From a virus (Duplodnaviria; Caudoviricetes): DNA of 64,000 nt. Where the stretch lies: IMG/VR virus record IMGVR_UViG_3300029288_000006, positions 1-64,000 of that record. The stretch is one strand, 5' to 3'. The position numbers and the translations under genes are program-made. The notes beneath the pieces are model-generated. The model was not told the DNA's origin. It worked only from the letters and a program-made list of their open reading frames with translations, and did no database searches. Below are positions 1 to 9,311 of the stretch, piece after piece (position 1 is the first letter of the stretch; each line of letters starts with the position of its first letter).

Positions 1-1
1 C

Positions 2-1240
2 AACGCATATGTTTTCCCCATGCAATATAGAAATAGAACAATGTTGTGCGGTTGCATAACAGATGATGAACGTAACCGCGTAAACTATTCTGGTAAAAAT
101 ACTCCTGATGTTTATAACGGTACTGATGCAAGTGGTTTTAATAATGAACGCAGTATTAAATTTGGTGGACGTGATGCACTGACATGCGGAATTGAATTGT
201 TTAATCAGCGTGGAGATACACTCAATTCATGTGGGTTATTTTTCAAGAATACCGAACTGCATGTACTGGCTGGTGATACACCAAGTACGTTTACAACTGA
301 TACTATTTCAAGACAAATAGGATGTCCTGCACCATTGACGCTTGACACTGCTGAGGTTGCATATGGTTCTACCGATGCAGTTAAACAGAATGTGGCATTA
401 TGGATGAGCGATAAAGGCCCCATGATGTATTTCAATAATTCAATTAAACCATTAATGGATAATAATATAAGAGAATATTTTATTTCGGGAGAAAGTGTTT
501 GTATAAATTCAAGTTATACAGATATAGCGGCGGGAATATATGATCCAAACTTCAATGAGTATCATTTAGTTATACCATCTGGTACTTCAACCACCAATAA
601 TGTATGGTTGATATATGATCTCGCTCGTGGTAAATGGAGAGAAAACTACATGGGTGTTACTGGTGCAAGTGGGGTCTGTCCGGATTTTCCCCAGTCATTC
701 ATACGAGTCGCAGATTCCTATGGCAATAAATATATATATGCATTAACTAATACCGGGTACATGATACGTTTGGATAATGGAAGATATTGGAGTGGTCCCG
801 CTACTACTTATGGGATAACACACACCGCCAAAACGGGAGATATTTTATTTACGGGTAGTGCATGGGATGAAGTAGAAGTACGTAGAATTAAATTACTATA
901 CGACACAAATGCAGAGGGTAGATTGGCGGTTAAGCATTATTTAAATGGTGCATTAGCAGCTACGAATACGATTGGTACGAGTGGTATGGGTTTACCTCCC
1001 ACAACTGCTACAAGAGTTATGTATTATACGGTTACTACCGAAACGCATTCATATAGAAATCTCATTATGCAATGTGCTGCTCAGGTGAGTTCTCTATATC
1101 ATAGTATACGCGGATTCTCACATGCATTTGAATTTATAGTTACATTATGTACCGTAACAAAACCAAAACTTCTTGGTTGGGCAGCGCAATGGCACGAAGT
1201 TAAAGAGGATATACTTGATAAGGATGGGGATATTGCCTAA
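2..1240 (+). CDS. Tail tubular B / head-stabilisation-like virion protein (5'-truncated)
   Basis: Frame open from the window edge; beta-propeller-like pattern (IGCPAPLTL, LWMSDKGPM, IYDPNFNEYHL, LIYDLARGKW); lies upstream of ejection-type genes as in podoviruses. Confidence 0.6.
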   Translation, partial: NAYVFPMQYRNRTMLCGCITDDERNRVNYSGKNTPDVYNGTDASGFNNERSIKFGGRDALTCGIELFNQRGDTLNSCGLFFKNTELHVLAGDTPSTFTTDTISRQIGCPAPLTLDTAEVAYGSTDAVKQNVALWMSDKGPMMYFNNSIKPLMDNNIREYFISGESVCINSSYTDIAAGIYDPNFNEYHLVIPSGTSTTNNVWLIYDLARGKWRENYMGVTGASGVCPDFPQSFIRVADSYGNKYIYALTNTGYMIRLDNGRYWSGPATTYGITHTAKTGDILFTGSAWDEVEVRRIKLLYDTNAEGRLAVKHYLNGALAATNTIGTSGMGLPPTTATRVMYYTVTTETHSYRNLIMQCAAQVSSLYHSIRGFSHAFEFIVTLCTVTKPKLLGWAAQWHEVKEDILDKDGDIA

Positions 1241-1995
1241 TGAATTCAATTAAACTATGTGAATGTGGATGTGGACAACCAACAAAATTATCAACCAAAA
1301 CTGATAAATCAAATGGAAGAATTAAAGGACAACCCATGCATTTTATAAAAGGGCACGCTGCAAAATTACAAAAGATCAAACCCACTATTCTATATGAATC
1401 CCCAGTTTTATGTCAATGTGGATGCGGTGGGGAGGTATTGAAATCCAAACAAAGTGAATATACTAAGGGCTACAAAAAGGGAGAAGCAAGAAAATTTATA
1501 TCTGGACACAATTTAAAAACATATATTAAACCAATAAGTAAACGTATTAAAGAAAATATTATAATAAACAATAATACCAATTGTTGGGAATGGAATGGGT
1601 ATAAAGATAAAAACGGGTATGGAATAATAGGATATAAAAATAAAAAATGGTTTGTACACCGACTTATTTATTTACTTATCGGAGGAATTTTAACATCAGA
1701 AAAACCACATGTATTACATCATTGCGATAATCCTTCATGTTGTAACCCATTACATTTATTTTCTGGTAATGACGCTGATAACAATCGTGATATGATACAA
1801 AAAGGTAGGAAAGTAATTTTACGTGGAGAACGTGCTGGTAATGCTAAACTCACCGTAGAACAAGTCATAAATATAAAAACACTTCGTGAAGAAAAGAAAA
1901 TTCCGTATAAATTAATAGCAAATAAATATAATATAAGTGAACATCATGTATGGTTAATATGCAAAAAAATGACATGGAAACATTTATGGAAGTAG
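1240..1995 (+). CDS. HNH homing endonuclease
   Basis: CWEWNG..GYG, HRLIY, HHCDNPSCCNPLHL..N.RDM HNH core; two N-terminal CxCGCG..FIxGH repeats; C-terminal AKLT..IANKYNIS HTH. Confidence 0.9.
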   Translation: MNSIKLCECGCGQPTKLSTKTDKSNGRIKGQPMHFIKGHAAKLQKIKPTILYESPVLCQCGCGGEVLKSKQSEYTKGYKKGEARKFISGHNLKTYIKPISKRIKENIIINNNTNCWEWNGYKDKNGYGIIGYKNKKWFVHRLIYLLIGGILTSEKPHVLHHCDNPSCCNPLHLFSGNDADNNRDMIQKGRKVILRGERAGNAKLTVEQVINIKTLREEKKIPYKLIANKYNISEHHVWLICKKMTWKHLWK

Positions 1996-2004
1996 GGAAT
2001 TTAT

Positions 2005-3462
2005 ATGTCACCTATTGCTAGCACAATCTCAACACCATCTCCAGGTACTTATACAACTGGTGATGCCCAAGTTCCGGGGACTCCAACTTATGTTGGTAGT
2101 GCAGTAGAACAATTAAGTATTTCATTTACTACTGGGACTAATGGTACTGCCGTTACCTATTTAATCTATGCAGACATAGATGATGGTAGTAGTACTGGAT
2201 ATGTACAGTCAGATGATGGTGCAATTGAAGCTGGAGAAAGTTGGGCTACTGCGGCAACATGGGGAAGTATTATAGCGGTAACTGGTCTAACTGGTGTTCA
2301 TGGATATAAGTTTAAGGTTAAGGCAAGGAATGAAGCACTTGCGGAAACAGCATATAGTGCATTCTCTGTTAATATGATACCATTTCTTAACTTGGTATAT
2401 TCTCCATTTTCAAATGCAGTCTCATATGAATGCACAACAGGTAAAGTAAAAATCAGCGGTCTGTCGGTAACAGCAGTTGGTGATTCAACACCAGGTGTTT
2501 TTACAATAGCCTATACACTCACGAGAATAAATACTCCCGCTACCAAAGCGAATGTTAAAATCGCTTATGGCACAAATGGAATTGATTATACCAATCTTAC
2601 TGATACAGTTAAAACATTTGGAGATAACACATCAAGATTCGATATTACAATATCTTCACCTGTTTATTCTACAACCTATACATACGATGGGACCGGAACT
2701 GCACCCCTATTTGTCACCAATGGTTTAACTACTGGTATGATGATAACTATAAACAGTAGTACATTTACAGCGGTCAACAATGGTTATTTTAAAGTTGTCG
2801 CTGTTGGTGAAACATACATAACAGTTGAGAATAGTGCGGGCGTAGCGGAAATAGATAAAGTATTATCCGCGAATGATTCGGTCACGTCATGTATTTCTAT
2901 AGGTGGAGCTATTTCTGGTCTAACGGCAAGCGCGGCTGGTACAGCGAATTCAAATAAATGGGCTTCATGTTTAATTGTTGGGAATAGTTATGCTAATACA
3001 ATTTATATTCGTGTAACTCCATATGATGAAACTACCGGAGGTAATGCTGGTACTGCTGCGGCAACTACCATAGCTGTTGACAATAGACCAGTAGCGGTAA
3101 CACTTGCCGAATTTGATGAATTCGCATGGGACTCAGATACTACACCGATATTTTGTGCTGATATGGCTAGTATAAAATGTGGATCATATCTTTATTTTGT
3201 TTTACATATATATGATAGTACCGGAACTGAGATACAAACAAAATCATCAGCAGAACTTACCGATGGATGGTCATATGAACAAGATCACGCAGGCAGTCCC
3301 GGAACGTTTACCGCATGTACATGGCTTGGTGTTCCCGCTCAGTATGTACCACCCAACGTGACGGGCAATCGAATAAAATATGTATTACAAACTGTACTAA
3401 CTCAAGGTTCTACATATACCGCGAAGCTCCAACAAGCGGAGATAAAAAACGATTTAATCTAA
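2005..3462 (+). CDS. Virion structural / tail-appendage protein with Fn3-like domain
   Basis: S/T/G-rich beta protein; VTGLTGVHGYKFKVKARN is an Fn3 signature; no signal peptide. Confidence 0.6.
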   Translation: MSPIASTISTPSPGTYTTGDAQVPGTPTYVGSAVEQLSISFTTGTNGTAVTYLIYADIDDGSSTGYVQSDDGAIEAGESWATAATWGSIIAVTGLTGVHGYKFKVKARNEALAETAYSAFSVNMIPFLNLVYSPFSNAVSYECTTGKVKISGLSVTAVGDSTPGVFTIAYTLTRINTPATKANVKIAYGTNGIDYTNLTDTVKTFGDNTSRFDITISSPVYSTTYTYDGTGTAPLFVTNGLTTGMMITINSSTFTAVNNGYFKVVAVGETYITVENSAGVAEIDKVLSANDSVTSCISIGGAISGLTASAAGTANSNKWASCLIVGNSYANTIYIRVTPYDETTGGNAGTAAATTIAVDNRPVAVTLAEFDEFAWDSDTTPIFCADMASIKCGSYLYFVLHIYDSTGTEIQTKSSAELTDGWSYEQDHAGSPGTFTACTWLGVPAQYVPPNVTGNRIKYVLQTVLTQGSTYTAKLQQAEIKNDLI

Positions 3463-3475
3463 CGTATATAATATT

Positions 3476-3658
3476 ATGATAATTAAACTAATACTACCAT
3501 CTGATTATTGTATACATGATCGTGAACATACACGAAAATTTCTTATAAATGGGGGAATTGATGTTAGCAAAAAAGTCATGTTGTATCGCAACGAGAACGG
3601 ACAATATGTATTTCAGCAAGAAACAGAAGATTTGGGTGAATGTTCTAATATTTATTGA
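3476..3658 (+). CDS. Hypothetical protein
   Basis: 60-aa ORF filling the gap between late genes. Confidence 0.45.
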   Translation: MIIKLILPSDYCIHDREHTRKFLINGGIDVSKKVMLYRNENGQYVFQQETEDLGECSNIY

Positions 3659-3705
3659 TATTGGTTTGGCGATATATTTCTTCATTACAAATTGGAGGTT
3701 ACTAA

Positions 3706-6486
3706 TTGGATCGTAAAACGTTAATAGCTGGTGGAGTTGCAGCGGTTATGACAATATTTGCCGGGCAAGAAGCACTCAAAATAAATGATCGTAACCAGGC
3801 AATCGCTGAGTTCCATCAAGATCAAATGACGGAAGTTTCCAAACGTAAAGTCGGAGAAGAAATAAAGTCAATGCGTACATCTAACTCCGAGACTTTTAAA
3901 TCCGACAGTGTAATAGTTACGAGACCTGATGGAGAAAAAGTAAAGGTAGCGCAATTTAATAGTCGTCTATATTCGGGTAATCATTTTTGGAAAGATGCGG
4001 ATGTTGATACTTTGCGTCCGCTCGATTTGACAGTGCGGGATATATCAGCGCTTGCCCGGATGAATCCGCTCCGGACACATGATAAGTATGTTGACGCGGG
4101 GCCGTACACAGCGACATGGATGAATGATAAACCCAATGATTATCGTATAGATGCTGGTGATATATATATAAAGTATAGGGCATTATTTGACGAACCTGGT
4201 ATTTCGGCGACGAAGGAGCCGACAGCGGGCGGTATTAAAGAGACAGTGATTCTTGCAGATTCAACAGTGGGGCATTCCCTTAAATGGATTTTTGAAACGG
4301 ATGGTTCCGTTGTTCCAGATGCTACCAATGGGTTTGATGTTCGCGCCAAGAATGGCAACGTTCCATTGAAAATTGAACCTCCTGTGGCATCGGACGCGCG
4401 CGAGAATCCGGTTATGGCGGTAGCGTCGGTATCCGGGGATACGCTCACGTTCCGGGTTACGGTTTTGCCGGGGCAGGAATATCCGATCACGGTTGATCCG
4501 AGTACAACGGTAGTTACAGCAACCAGCGTATATAATCCCTATAAAGTGAGCGATAGTTGGGCTGGCGCGAGAGATGCTACTACTGCCGGTGGGGATGGGT
4601 CATCCCCATATACTGTTGGGTCATCGGATTCATGGATGAGCGCAAGACTATTAATGCGATTCCCTCTTCCCGCGATGGCATCATGTAGCGCATGTACATT
4701 ATGGGCATATCAGAATGATATAGAAGGTGCTGGTGATAGTTTATATGTGTTTTCGGCTCATTCTTTCGGTTCAACGAATACATCGGCAGATTTTATAAAT
4801 TTCAATGGTTGGGTTTCCGGTAGTGCGCATAACGGAACAGCATTGTCGGCCCCGAAACCATTTCCGGCAGCTCCTGGACTTTTCTCTATGATATTTAATG
4901 CGGCAGGTATTGATAGTGTTATGATTTCTACAAACGATACATTACGTTTGGTATTAATAGATGCACGCGATTACAGGAATGTTGCACCCGAAGCAGGTGC
5001 GTCATTTGAAAATAGAATAAGCGGTTCTCCATATATAGGGTTTACCTATACTCTACCACCTCCCGTACTCGCAACAAATGTAACAGTAATGTCTATTGAT
5101 AAGAGTGATTCTCTTTTGGTTTCATGGGGCGGGACAACATCATCCAATGATAGTCTAATCTTGAGAACCTACCCAGATAGTGTATTCATCGCATATCTTG
5201 TTAAATCAAATACATCTCAAAGAATAGGTAATTTAAATCCCTATACAAAATATAAATGGTATATCAAAAGCAAAACAGGCGGGGGAGCATTATATTCTAA
5301 CGCAGATTCCGGTTATACTTTACAAACATTCAAGACCGAGAATTTCTCACTATCTAACACTGGATACGCGCAGAATAAATCAACTGCTGTGTATGACTCG
5401 GCGCGTGGGGAAACCCTTTCCGACTCCCTGTCAAGTGGTTCATCCTATCTCGGCCAATGGTGGTACAGTTCTTCAGTTAGATATGTTTTAAGACATTTCC
5501 AATCCGTTGCACTTCCTAAACTCACGAAGGTCAAGGCGGAATCTCTCTTTATCTATGGTACATCGGACAGTTCTTATACCGATTTCAATATTGAGGCACG
5601 CGCCGGAACATGGACAGGGGCGACAGCAGCGAATCTGAAATACAACCTGTTTGATGGCTGGCAAACTGCCATGACTGCGTATACTGGAACCCAACTCATC
5701 ACTCCATTCTCTACCGCCGGATTCACCACCGGGGCGACACTCAACAAATTGGTGTTCACGGCAGCCGGACGTGATAGTACATATAAACATGGAGTTGCAC
5801 CCGATACTCTTCGGTTTATGTTACTTTCCTCACGAGATATTTCTGCAACCGCACCAGTTCAGGGTGAATATATAGAGATGACGGAAGGTAGTTCTTATCT
5901 TCGACTCACCTATGCACCGCCGGACAGCGCGCCGAACGGATTAACTATTACATCCATATCGAAAGACAGCCTCCTCGCAACATGGACGGACAGGTCTTAC
6001 TCGGAGCGCGGATTCATCGTGGTGGATGCGTCTACCGGAAATATAATTGCCGGAACTGATACGACAAATCAAGATGTAACCAGTAAACGTGTTGGTGGAC
6101 TTTTGCCAAATACTTCATATACATGGAAAGTGAAAGCGGTAGGCGGTGGTGCAAACGGACTTTTATCTGCGGCTGACTCATGTTATACGCGGGCAGCGAC
6201 ACTCCCCAAACCTACAGTTACAATGGTTACGGACTCAACAAGAAAGGTTGTTATTGATACTTCAGGAATATATACGTCTTTTACCAGACTGGCAATTCAG
6301 GATAGTATAACAGGTAAATTTGTTGATTGGATTAGTGGCGCACTTGATACGCTTGCGGCAGGTACAGATTCAAGCAATGCAGATTATAGAACATATGCAA
6401 ATTGGAACGGAGCATTGGGAGATACCGTAAAATATGAGGTCGGTAAAACAAGTGCGTTTAGAACATGGACGCGAAGTGCACAATAA
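3706..6486 (+). CDS. Secreted-type multidomain fibre/adhesin protein (two Fn3 domains, two copies of a beta domain shared with 22348-23067)
   Basis: GGAGG then TTG start; signal-like MDRKTLIAGGVAAVMTIFAG|Q; GIKETVIL..YPITVDPS domain; Fn3 motifs GNLNPYTKYKWYI and GGLLPNTSYTWKVKA; 21 D-S/T-hydrophobic sequons. Confidence 0.65.
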   Translation: MDRKTLIAGGVAAVMTIFAGQEALKINDRNQAIAEFHQDQMTEVSKRKVGEEIKSMRTSNSETFKSDSVIVTRPDGEKVKVAQFNSRLYSGNHFWKDADVDTLRPLDLTVRDISALARMNPLRTHDKYVDAGPYTATWMNDKPNDYRIDAGDIYIKYRALFDEPGISATKEPTAGGIKETVILADSTVGHSLKWIFETDGSVVPDATNGFDVRAKNGNVPLKIEPPVASDARENPVMAVASVSGDTLTFRVTVLPGQEYPITVDPSTTVVTATSVYNPYKVSDSWAGARDATTAGGDGSSPYTVGSSDSWMSARLLMRFPLPAMASCSACTLWAYQNDIEGAGDSLYVFSAHSFGSTNTSADFINFNGWVSGSAHNGTALSAPKPFPAAPGLFSMIFNAAGIDSVMISTNDTLRLVLIDARDYRNVAPEAGASFENRISGSPYIGFTYTLPPPVLATNVTVMSIDKSDSLLVSWGGTTSSNDSLILRTYPDSVFIAYLVKSNTSQRIGNLNPYTKYKWYIKSKTGGGALYSNADSGYTLQTFKTENFSLSNTGYAQNKSTAVYDSARGETLSDSLSSGSSYLGQWWYSSSVRYVLRHFQSVALPKLTKVKAESLFIYGTSDSSYTDFNIEARAGTWTGATAANLKYNLFDGWQTAMTAYTGTQLITPFSTAGFTTGATLNKLVFTAAGRDSTYKHGVAPDTLRFMLLSSRDISATAPVQGEYIEMTEGSSYLRLTYAPPDSAPNGLTITSISKDSLLATWTDRSYSERGFIVVDASTGNIIAGTDTTNQDVTSKRVGGLLPNTSYTWKVKAVGGGANGLLSAADSCYTRAATLPKPTVTMVTDSTRKVVIDTSGIYTSFTRLAIQDSITGKFVDWISGALDTLAAGTDSSNADYRTYANWNGALGDTVKYEVGKTSAFRTWTRSAQ

Positions 6487-6502
6487 ATAAATTATTCACA
6501 AG

Positions 6503-6543
6503 TTTAAATAATTCTTGCTGTTTTTGATATTTCTTATTATATT
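6503..6543 (+). promoter_or_regulatory. sigma70-type promoter TTGCTG-N17-TATATT
   Basis: -35 at 6515-6520, -10 at 6538-6543; upstream TTTAAATAATWC shared with the promoter at 19297. Confidence 0.7.
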
Positions 6544-6576
6544 AATTGTACTATGTAATTCATGAGGTGATGTGTT

Positions 6577-7023
6577 ATGTCATTAGAATATGAGTATATA
6601 AGAGGTACTAGGGATATTGGGAATATTTCTCCAAATCGTCAGGCTATACCCAACTACGATGAACTCGCCTATAAGTATGGTATGGGATTGGGTCAACGAC
6701 AGGTGAATGCCGATAGGTCTGATTTACGTCTATCTCAGGCAGAATATGAGAATCGTTCCGATAGACGCGCATTGAATATTTCTCGTGGACAGAATACCAT
6801 TGCTACCGCACTTGGTGTTGCTGGAGTGGGTATACAGGGTGCTATGACACTGGATCAATTTCTTAAACAGAAAGAACAAGCAGCCAAAGACGCGCTATAT
6901 AATGAACAAGCAATGAGTACCATTGGTATATTCCAAAATATGATAAAAAATATATCTAGTACATATGGTAGTATAACGCCATATGAACCATTATATCCCG
7001 GTACTGGTGGTGTGAAACCATGA
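6577..7023 (+). CDS. Putative internal virion / ejection protein
   Basis: Helical protein with Gly/Ala hydrophobic stretch (IATALGVAGVGIQGA); first of four genes ending in the giant protein. Confidence 0.5.
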   Translation: MSLEYEYIRGTRDIGNISPNRQAIPNYDELAYKYGMGLGQRQVNADRSDLRLSQAEYENRSDRRALNISRGQNTIATALGVAGVGIQGAMTLDQFLKQKEQAAKDALYNEQAMSTIGIFQNMIKNISSTYGSITPYEPLYPGTGGVKP

Positions 7024-7994
7024 ATTATTCAGCAATAGATTATAATCAATTATATTCACCGCAGATGTCTGCTACGACTATGGGCAATAGACCATACTAT
7101 ATTCCCATAGAAGAAATTATTCGTGGACGTGCAGAAACATTACCCGAACTTTATGAAATTCAACGAGCGAAACAGATACAAGAAGAACAACAAAGACTGG
7201 AACAGGAAACACTTGGTATACAGCAAAATCAAGCTCGTTTGGCGACTGGTATAGAAGCTGCTAACCTTGGGATACAGGCATATTCCAGTCCAACTGTTAG
7301 AAAAGCAGCGATTAGTGGATGGAAGAATTTTGGATTTCATCCAACCGCGCAACAGACAACTTCTAGTCTCGCATCTAGTATTACTCCTGATTTAGCTATA
7401 CCGGGTAGTGAAATGGTTGGTGGAGAAGTTGGTAAACAGGTTGGTAGGTCTGCACTCGGCACACTTTCTTCTCTTGCCGGTCCCGCTGGTTGGGGTTCGT
7501 TGGCTGGTAATCTTGCCCAAACTATTATACCCGGTAAACAAAGATACAAAACTATGGGTGGTGTGGCTTCTGGTGCATTGGCGGGAACATATATTATGCC
7601 AGGTATAGGAACTGCTATCGGGGCAATATTTGGTGGTATATCAGCATCAACTAAAAAATGTATAATTGTGACAACTTGCACAAGTCCCAATTCTTATGGT
7701 GTTCAAATAGCTCGCGAGTACCGAGATAAATTCCTTAATTCCGTTACACTTCGCGGTTACTATATGTTGGCAGATAGATTGGTTCCCCAAATAGAAAATA
7801 GTATTCAACTCAAACATAGAATTAGAGAAATACTTGTAGATAAATTAATAGACTACGCTGAAGTTGAATTGGGTAAAAAAGATAAACTTCAATATAAAGA
7901 TTCCGAACAAGTAACCAAAGAATTTATATCAGTGTGTAATTACCTGGGCAATCTTACGCCAACTTATACGCGTTTGAATGGGGAGGCATTTTAA
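7020..7994 (+). CDS. Putative DNA ejection (pilot) protein
   Basis: Q-rich coiled coil; glycine zipper GGVASGALAGTYIMPGIGTAIGAIFGG; C-terminal CIIVTTC..YRDKFL..GYY domain. Confidence 0.6.
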   Translation: MNYSAIDYNQLYSPQMSATTMGNRPYYIPIEEIIRGRAETLPELYEIQRAKQIQEEQQRLEQETLGIQQNQARLATGIEAANLGIQAYSSPTVRKAAISGWKNFGFHPTAQQTTSSLASSITPDLAIPGSEMVGGEVGKQVGRSALGTLSSLAGPAGWGSLAGNLAQTIIPGKQRYKTMGGVASGALAGTYIMPGIGTAIGAIFGGISASTKKCIIVTTCTSPNSYGVQIAREYRDKFLNSVTLRGYYMLADRLVPQIENSIQLKHRIREILVDKLIDYAEVELGKKDKLQYKDSEQVTKEFISVCNYLGNLTPTYTRLNGEAF

Positions 7995-7995
7995 T

Positions 7996-9270
7996 ATGGC
8001 ATACAACAATCCTTATGATTCTCCATTCGGCGCGGTAGGCGCATTGAGAAATACTCAAAATATTATCAAATCAATTGGTGATGAATATATTAAACGTAAA
8101 CAGGAAGAACGTTTAGCTAATCGTGAAATGTCTGCACTCAATATGGAACGTGCTAAGGCAGAAACCAATTCTGCGATAGAACAATTGCAAGCACAACGCG
8201 CCAAGCAAGAATCAATTGATAGAAATGCTATGGAACGTGATAGACTTACGCAGAATCAAAATCAATTTGAGGCTGGACAGACACTTAATCGTGAAAAGAT
8301 GGCACAAGATGAGCGTTTAACCAACAAGGACTTGGCACTACGTTATCCAGCAAATATTCGTTTTATGGATTATGCTAAAGGTATTATTAATGATAGAAAA
8401 AATTCTGTTGACTTGCGTAATAGTTTAAGTCATATGATAGAAGGAGTATTACAACGGGGAGATGAGGCAGAACTATATGCACTTAATGTTCCCATGACAC
8501 CAGATGATGCTTTGCGGTCACTTACTGTTATGTCTAAAAATGATCCATATAAAAATGCGGTAGAAACGGCTACCCAAATGTATGATAGTACAGTAAAACG
8601 ATATGGTGAAAACATAGACTTACTTAATAGATTAAAAACTACTACTGTTGTACCATTAGCCAAACAGATATATAACGAACTTTCTCAAAATCCATTTGTT
8701 AAACTAGAAGTCACTAGATATACTGAAGTTCCCCTATCTGGTGGTATGACTGGTATGCAAAATGCAGAACGTGTATCAGATGATGAACTAAGAAATTTAA
8801 TGAGTGGGAAAACTCCCGCGCAAACCCAACCCGGTCAACTTAGAACTTTTGCTCCCGGTGCTATTGGTGCACCTCCTCCGCAAAAAACCAGAGGTGGGTT
8901 TGAAACAGTTAAGTACGCATATAATATAATTCCGAATACTGCTTATACAAGTCAGTTCGGGAATCAACCAGATGTTGATGAATGGATAACCAATAAAGCC
9001 AATCAAACACGAGAATCAGTTCGTAATGCAGTTGTTGGTGGTATACCGCAATCATTGAGTAATTTTACCGACGAAGATTATTCGATATTGACTAAACAAA
9101 TATTTGATCAATTAAGTGAAAACAAAGAATCAATTGATATTGGAGATTTAAATAAAATTAATCAGTTTATTAGTAATCCAGATAATATAAAGAAAATTGT
9201 TGGTGGATATAAACCAGTAAATCCTACAAGAAATAATTCCAATACTGGTAATATGGGTTTTAACTGGTAA
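7996..9270 (+). CDS. Putative internal virion / ejection protein
   Basis: GGAGG at 7982-7986 supports the ATG at 7996; N-terminal coiled coil; operon position. Confidence 0.55.
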   Translation: MAYNNPYDSPFGAVGALRNTQNIIKSIGDEYIKRKQEERLANREMSALNMERAKAETNSAIEQLQAQRAKQESIDRNAMERDRLTQNQNQFEAGQTLNREKMAQDERLTNKDLALRYPANIRFMDYAKGIINDRKNSVDLRNSLSHMIEGVLQRGDEAELYALNVPMTPDDALRSLTVMSKNDPYKNAVETATQMYDSTVKRYGENIDLLNRLKTTTVVPLAKQIYNELSQNPFVKLEVTRYTEVPLSGGMTGMQNAERVSDDELRNLMSGKTPAQTQPGQLRTFAPGAIGAPPPQKTRGGFETVKYAYNIIPNTAYTSQFGNQPDVDEWITNKANQTRESVRNAVVGGIPQSLSNFTDEDYSILTKQIFDQLSENKESIDIGDLNKINQFISNPDNIKKIVGGYKPVNPTRNNSNTGNMGFNW

Positions 9271-9311
9271 CATGGGTTTTCGGATTCTAACATACTGGAG
9301 TGTATTGACTA

